DNA of 64,000 nucleotides. Source: a bacterium. GTDB lineage: Bacteria > Patescibacteriota > Minisyncoccia > Phycocordibacterales > UBA5272. The stretch lies in the NCBI GenBank assembly GCA_023267635.1, contig JAHFMX010000004.1, forward strand, positions 2,837 to 66,836, read 5' to 3'. The notes beneath the pieces were generated by a model. The model was not told where the DNA came from and ran no database searches. It saw only the letters and a list, made by a program, of their open reading frames with translations. The position numbers were made by a program, and so were the translations under genes. Below, piece by piece: positions 58,758-64,000 of this stretch. The stretch's first letter is position 1. Every line of letters starts with the position of its first letter.

Positions 58758-60413
58758 ATGACGCAGAAAACCGCTCTCGATATTCTTAAACTTGGACATA
58801 CGGTATTTCTCACTGGTGCAGCGGGAGCTGGTAAAAGTTACGCTCTGCGTGAATATATTACGTACCTTCGTAAACACGGTATTAAATTCGCTGTTACCGC
58901 TTCCACTGGAATTGCTTCAACACACATCGGTGGAACAACCATTCACGCATGGAGTGGTCTTGGTATTAAACAAAAACTCACCGCGTATGATTTGGATGAA
59001 TTAGAAGAGAAACCAAACGTGTACAAACGATGGAATGATACACAAGTGCTCATCATCGATGAAATCTCGATGCTTCACGCTTCACTTGTGGATATGTTGG
59101 ATAAAGCAGGGAAACATCTACGAAGAAGTGATAAACCGTTCGGTGGACTACAAGTAGTATTCACGGGGGATTTCTTTCAGCTTCCACCAGTAGTACGTAA
59201 TGGAAATGAATATGAAAGTACGGACGTGTTCGCGTTTATGTCTAAAGCATGGAAAGAAGCCAAGCCTGTAGTCTGCTATTTAACAGAACAGTTCCGCCAA
59301 GAAGATGATACGCTCACGAATATTTTAAATGCTATCCGTTCTGGTGAAGTAGAAGAGGATCATTACCTGACACTTAAAGAATCGAGTAACACGCCACACA
59401 CGGATGATCATATAAAACTCTACACGCACAATGAGAATGTGGATCTGATTAATAAGAAAGCCTTTGACGCGCTCGAGGGTGAAGTGAAGAGATTCGACAT
59501 GGTAACAAAAGGGAAAGGTCCTGTACTCGCGTCATTGAAGAATAATTGTTTGGCGGATGAAATATTGGAACTCAAAATCGGAGCGAAAGTTATTTGTATC
59601 AAGAATGATGCGGAGCGAAAGTATGTGAATGGCTCTATGGGAATCGTGGTTGATTTTGAAAAGGATAACAGCCCAGTGATTGCACTTCAAACAGGCAAAC
59701 GAGTGGTTATGAAAGCCGACACTTGGCGTGTGGAAGAGGACGGAAAAGTAAAAGCTGAGATATCGCAGTTACCTATTAAATTAGCCTGGGCAATCACGGT
59801 TCACAAGAGCCAAGGAATGACCCTTGATAGGGCACAAATTGACCTCAGCCGTGCGTTTGCTTCAGGGCAGGGATATGTTGCTCTTTCTCGATTAAAGAGC
59901 ATGGAAGGGCTGCATTTGGTTGGCTTCAATCCACAAGCACTTCAAATCTCGGAAGAGGTTCGAGAAGCAGATTATACTTTCCGCAGCAAGAGTGAACAGG
60001 CAGAATATGCCCTTGATAAATATACTGAAGACGATTTGAAAGTGCTCCATGAAAAGTTCCTCACGGAGAAAGGAGGAACGCTCGTAGAGTTGAGTGATTC
60101 TGAGGCGGATGAGATTCAAGAGAAGACACTCACCCATACGGTAACGCAAGAGATGTTAAAGATCGGCCTTACACTTCCAGAAATTGCAGAGCAGAGAAAT
60201 CTCTCAGTGGATACTATTATTGGACATATTGAGAAGCTGGTAGAAATGAAAGAAGAAGTGGTGTTGGACAAAGTGTTACCTCCTAAAAAAGATGTGACCG
60301 CAATCAAGAAAGCTTTTAAGACTCTAGAGACCACAAAGCTCACCCCGGTCTTCGATGAACTGGCTGGAAAATACACCTTTCACCAAATACGTTTGGTTCG
60401 AGCCACATTATAG
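58758..60413 (+). CDS. Pif1/RecD-like SF1B helicase with C-terminal HTH
   Basis: GAAGAGKS, IDEISM, GDFFQLPPV, LAWAITVHKSQGMTL, YVALSR. Confidence 0.9.
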   Translation: MTQKTALDILKLGHTVFLTGAAGAGKSYALREYITYLRKHGIKFAVTASTGIASTHIGGTTIHAWSGLGIKQKLTAYDLDELEEKPNVYKRWNDTQVLIIDEISMLHASLVDMLDKAGKHLRRSDKPFGGLQVVFTGDFFQLPPVVRNGNEYESTDVFAFMSKAWKEAKPVVCYLTEQFRQEDDTLTNILNAIRSGEVEEDHYLTLKESSNTPHTDDHIKLYTHNENVDLINKKAFDALEGEVKRFDMVTKGKGPVLASLKNNCLADEILELKIGAKVICIKNDAERKYVNGSMGIVVDFEKDNSPVIALQTGKRVVMKADTWRVEEDGKVKAEISQLPIKLAWAITVHKSQGMTLDRAQIDLSRAFASGQGYVALSRLKSMEGLHLVGFNPQALQISEEVREADYTFRSKSEQAEYALDKYTEDDLKVLHEKFLTEKGGTLVELSDSEADEIQEKTLTHTVTQEMLKIGLTLPEIAEQRNLSVDTIIGHIEKLVEMKEEVVLDKVLPPKKDVTAIKKAFKTLETTKLTPVFDELAGKYTFHQIRLVRATL

Positions 60414-60470
60414 ATAATTAAGAAGTAATACAAATACAAAAGCACCCATAAAAGGGTGCTTTTGTATTTG

Positions 60471-60541
60471 CTGGGGAACAGGGACTCGAACCCCAATACC
60501 ATCCTCCAGAGGGATGTGTCCTACCATTAGACGATTCCCCA
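60471..60541 (-). tRNA. tRNA-Gln(CTG)
   Basis: TGGGGAATCGTCTAATGGTAGGAC, catcc-CTCTGGA-ggatg, GGTTCGAGTCC. Confidence 0.95.
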
Positions 60542-60682
60542 ATATATGAGATTTTTTACCTCAATATGCACAACATAATACTATATTATAGAGCTTTTGG
60601 GAATCCCTCTTCTTCAAGGTGTTTTTGTTTTATATAAAATAGTTTTTAAGATAAACCACACCTTGTGCTATTGTTATGACAT

Positions 60683-61105
60683 ATGGAAAAACTAAAAAGT
60701 AGATTACAGGTGCTTCTTGGTCTCTCATTATTTTTTCCTGTTGTTATGCAGGCACTTTTTGATAAAGAAACAAGTGGGGTAAATCATCTTATTTTACAGT
60801 GGAGCACCGTAATTGCTGTCCTAATTGTTAATTATTTAATTATTGAGTACTTTACTCCGAAATTCTCAAAGAAGGTGGAGAAAATTCTAGACAGGGTTAT
60901 AGGTATAAACATTTTACTGTTTGTTCCAGTAATCATGATTTTAGCAACTAATCCTGTAAATATCGCTGGACTGGCTCGTGTCGGTCTAACTTTAAGTGTC
61001 TGGGGGATAATAACTTTACCCATAATTTTGTTAGTCTCCATGATTTTATATTTTGCAGTAAACGTATGGGTTCCTTATTTGGAGAAGAAAATAGGGTCTA
61101 TTTAA
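60683..61105 (+). CDS. 4-TM hypothetical membrane protein
   Basis: 140-aa ORF with four hydrophobic segments; AT-rich. Confidence 0.65.
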   Translation: MEKLKSRLQVLLGLSLFFPVVMQALFDKETSGVNHLILQWSTVIAVLIVNYLIIEYFTPKFSKKVEKILDRVIGINILLFVPVIMILATNPVNIAGLARVGLTLSVWGIITLPIILLVSMILYFAVNVWVPYLEKKIGSI

Positions 61106-61173
61106 TTTCCATCTTGGTTGCATATAACACAACGTTTACTTGCTTTTGACTAGATTAGGCGTAGAATTGAGTC

Positions 61174-63183
61174 ATGATTTCGAATATTGCTGGGTATCAC
61201 ACAAAAGAAGAATGGTTTCTAGGGAAGGGTTCTTTTGGCTCAGTTTACAGAGCTGAAAAAGACGGCAAGTCATACGCAATTAAAATATTTCAGACAGAGT
61301 TTCTTAAGGATGAATATAAAAAGTTCTTAGATAGAGAAGTTGATGCTTTAAGGAAAATTGATCATCCCCAGGTTGTAAAATTTTACGAATCTGGTATTTT
61401 TTCAGATAAAGGATTCGATTATTTCTATATAGTTATGGATTTCATCGAAGGGAAGAAACTTTCTACTTATGTTGGAAGTGGAGACGAGAAGCTCATAGTG
61501 GGAATTATTGAATCTCTTCTTGTGCCCCTTGAAGCTATTCATGCTGGCGGGATACTTCACAGAGATCTGAAACCAGACAACATCATCATTGATCAAAAGG
61601 GAACACCAATTATTCTGGATTTTGGTTTATCTAAAATAATTGATTACACATCAATTATTCAAACAGGAGAATTTGCTGGGACATTCTATTTCATGTCTCC
61701 TGAGCAAATAGTAGATAGTAAAAATATAGATGCTCGTTCTGATTATTTTGCAGTAGGTGTAATTCTCTACCAGCTTCTTACGGGGTTATTGCCGTTCGAT
61801 GCGCCAAATATTCCCGCGTTAATCGAAGAGATACAAAAGAGGTATCCGAAAGCCCCATCTGATATTAATCCAAATATTAGCAATAAAACCGAGAACGTAA
61901 TATTAAAACTTCTTGAGAAACAGCCTTATTCTCGCTATCAATCGACCGCTGAGATTATTTCAGCATTTAGCGAGGAGATAATTTTAAGAAAAGCAAAGCT
62001 AGATTTAAGAATTCGTAATTATGTAAGGGTTCTTAATAACGAAAAAACTGTTTTTAAAAAAGCATCAGAGGCTGGTTTGATTAGCGAAGTTTTATATCCA
62101 GCTAATTTGTTTGCAAGCTATAAACCCACTGTTAAGGTCATACAGGATTCTAGACTTCCTTTCACTACAGATCCGTCCACTAATAGACTTAACTACCCAG
62201 CTTTTTCAAGTTCGCCTACACTACAAGAGCTACCATACTCATCGGGCAGCGACACAACCCCACTTCAGAAAAAAGATTTTCATTCTATTACACAAATTCA
62301 AGAATATGTAAAAAAGGTGATTGACCATCAAATTATGTATGGAGTTAATGAACTCGCAGCCCCTTTTTTCTTTGCAAAAGATCCATCGGATGAATGGTAT
62401 TCTATTAATCTTAAACTCCTCAAAGAGTCTATAGATTATAGAGATAAGAATCATTCTGAATTACCTCTCTGGGCGGGAATCTGTATGAATGTAGACGGTT
62501 GGCATGACGATGATATAAAAAACGAAATACTTAATAAGTATGTTAAGAATGCCCCAGATGGTTTTTTTGTATATGGTGATCCTGTCAGTAACAGTGCTAA
62601 TTTAGCTCAAGTTTTTCATTACTCAGACTTCTTAATAAAGTTACAAAAAGCATCTAATGTTCCTGTTATAACAGCAAGAGTGAACGGTTTAGGGCTAGTT
62701 TTGTTATGTCTAGGTTTATCTGGGATGTCGTGCGGTATTTCTGGGTTAGACAGTTTTCAAGAGGGACTGCTTTCAGATCAAAAAGAAGATACATATGGTA
62801 TGGACCCTAGATACTATATTCCTGAATTAATGTCTCTAGTAACTTTAAAAAAAGGCATTACAACAAAACTTAAAGATATTAATAAATCTAGTATTTCAGA
62901 AGCGTTGAAATGCCCATGTCCGTATTGTAAAGATATTTTAGAAGAAGAAGTTTTAATCTCTGAGCGAGTCAAGATGCATTTCCTTTATCGGAGAAAAGAA
63001 GAAATGGATACCATCAATTCACTTAATGAAGAAGAGAGACTTAAATATATAGAAGAGAGACTTGCTAAAGCTCTAGAGTATAAAAAAACACTTACAAAAG
63101 AAGGTTTTAAAATTAGTAGCGATTTTTCTCATTTAAATACTTGGAAATCTTTAATAGAGGAGTTTAAGAAATTAGGAGTGTAG
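61174..63183 (+). CDS. Hanks-type Ser/Thr kinase fused to a C-terminal TGT/beta-like domain with CxCxxC...H
   Basis: GKGSFGSVY, AIK, HRDLKPDN, DFG, MSPEQ; C-terminal CPCPYC-x16-H; no TM helix. Confidence 0.85.
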   Translation: MISNIAGYHTKEEWFLGKGSFGSVYRAEKDGKSYAIKIFQTEFLKDEYKKFLDREVDALRKIDHPQVVKFYESGIFSDKGFDYFYIVMDFIEGKKLSTYVGSGDEKLIVGIIESLLVPLEAIHAGGILHRDLKPDNIIIDQKGTPIILDFGLSKIIDYTSIIQTGEFAGTFYFMSPEQIVDSKNIDARSDYFAVGVILYQLLTGLLPFDAPNIPALIEEIQKRYPKAPSDINPNISNKTENVILKLLEKQPYSRYQSTAEIISAFSEEIILRKAKLDLRIRNYVRVLNNEKTVFKKASEAGLISEVLYPANLFASYKPTVKVIQDSRLPFTTDPSTNRLNYPAFSSSPTLQELPYSSGSDTTPLQKKDFHSITQIQEYVKKVIDHQIMYGVNELAAPFFFAKDPSDEWYSINLKLLKESIDYRDKNHSELPLWAGICMNVDGWHDDDIKNEILNKYVKNAPDGFFVYGDPVSNSANLAQVFHYSDFLIKLQKASNVPVITARVNGLGLVLLCLGLSGMSCGISGLDSFQEGLLSDQKEDTYGMDPRYYIPELMSLVTLKKGITTKLKDINKSSISEALKCPCPYCKDILEEEVLISERVKMHFLYRRKEEMDTINSLNEEERLKYIEERLAKALEYKKTLTKEGFKISSDFSHLNTWKSLIEEFKKLGV

Positions 63184-63831
63184 CGAAAGAAACTTTTCCA
63201 ACATAAGTTCTTTTGCATATATATTAATCTTACTTGCCGCAGTTTGTTGTGATTTTGGGTATTTAATTTCAATTGAGTTATTTTTAATATCAAAAAGAAT
63301 TAAACCTATATTACTTTTATTGAATTCATTGATATCTATATTTTTTTCTGCTTCTTTAAGAATTGCTAAGTAAGACTCATCAGCGAAGTATTGGTACCTT
63401 TTTGCTTGAAGTAAGCCATTTTTGTGATCAGTTAGTTTAACTTCAATTGCTATCACTTTCTTTATTTGCCCCAGGTTACTACTTGGGCATTTTTTAAAAT
63501 GGTTATTCGTTACTATTTCTATGTATTTGTTTTTTATTAAAAAATTTAATTGAGAAGATAAATGGCGTTTCTCTGTCACGTCTCCTAACGAAAGGACCTC
63601 TTCTTTAGAAAATTGATTCTTATGTATCGATAATAAGATTTTTAATGCATAAAAATTAGTAAGAGGAGCTCGACTGACCGCTTTTTTGGAGAAAGAAAAA
63701 TTACTAGCAAAAACTAGATCAGCAATACCGTAGCCAGCTGAAAACTCTTTAAATGATAGATTTGTGCCAAATTTTTTTCTTAAGATCTTATCGAGTTTCT
63801 CAACTAGAGTCTTCTCGTTAAAATTTTTCAT
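63172..63831 (-). CDS. PD-(D/E)xK nuclease-like protein (sce7726/MmcB-like) with a possible wHTH insert
   Basis: E...GYGIADLV...AIEVKLTD...GLLQAKRYQYFADESY...IGLI. Confidence 0.7.
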   Translation of the reverse strand: MKNFNEKTLVEKLDKILRKKFGTNLSFKEFSAGYGIADLVFASNFSFSKKAVSRAPLTNFYALKILLSIHKNQFSKEEVLSLGDVTEKRHLSSQLNFLIKNKYIEIVTNNHFKKCPSSNLGQIKKVIAIEVKLTDHKNGLLQAKRYQYFADESYLAILKEAEKNIDINEFNKSNIGLILFDIKNNSIEIKYPKSQQTAASKINIYAKELMLEKFLSLHS

Positions 63832-64000
63832 AATTAAATAGATAAATGAGTTTAATCCTTATATAGGAGTATACTCTACATAAAGGGACTTTGCCTGTTG
63901 ATAGGCAAATAAAATGTCAAAAATAGAAATAATAAAAAAGAATATCTTCTTATGTAGCCTCGAGAAAAATAATGTCTTAGAGGCATTTAAAGAGTGGAGA

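Noticed and set aside
63860-64000. Open minus-strand frame running in from the right edge
   Set aside because: Short and low-complexity, and it overlaps the likely promoter of the nuclease gene; cannot be supported without the next window.

Overview
A 64-kb chromosomal segment that looks like a small-genome Patescibacteria/CPR (Parcubacteria-like) bacterium using genetic code 11. This is inferred from the gene content, the short IF2, RF2 and SMC, and housekeeping genes without Shine-Dalgarno (SD) sites. The backbone is housekeeping: parB, rel, topA-dprA, infB-rbfA, iscS, sod, clpB, leuS, mltG, mnmA, the F1Fo ATP synthase operon, uppP, smc, rnr, rpsP-khpA-trmD, prfB, ftsEX, a Pif1-like helicase and 7 tRNAs. 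Four layers are not explained by that list. (1) About 15 single-gene ORFan cassettes carry a canonical SD and their own terminator, and some have -35/-10 promoters and boxA-like motifs, whereas many core genes look leaderless. One cassette sits antisense inside the atp operon. (2) Four of the seven tRNA genes are followed by 130-230 bp structured elements made of an inverted plus a direct copy of that tRNA's own 3' end. There is also a 5'-end duplication and an orphan tRNA-Leu 3' half. (3) At least three families of short dispersed palindromic or MITE-like repeats occur, some nested in each other. (4) An AT-rich pair at the right end encodes a Ser/Thr kinase fused to a putative TGT/beta-like barrel with CxCxxC...H, convergent with a PD-(D/E)xK nuclease-like gene, which is a candidate defence system. 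All product calls come from motif recognition by eye; no database searches were run.
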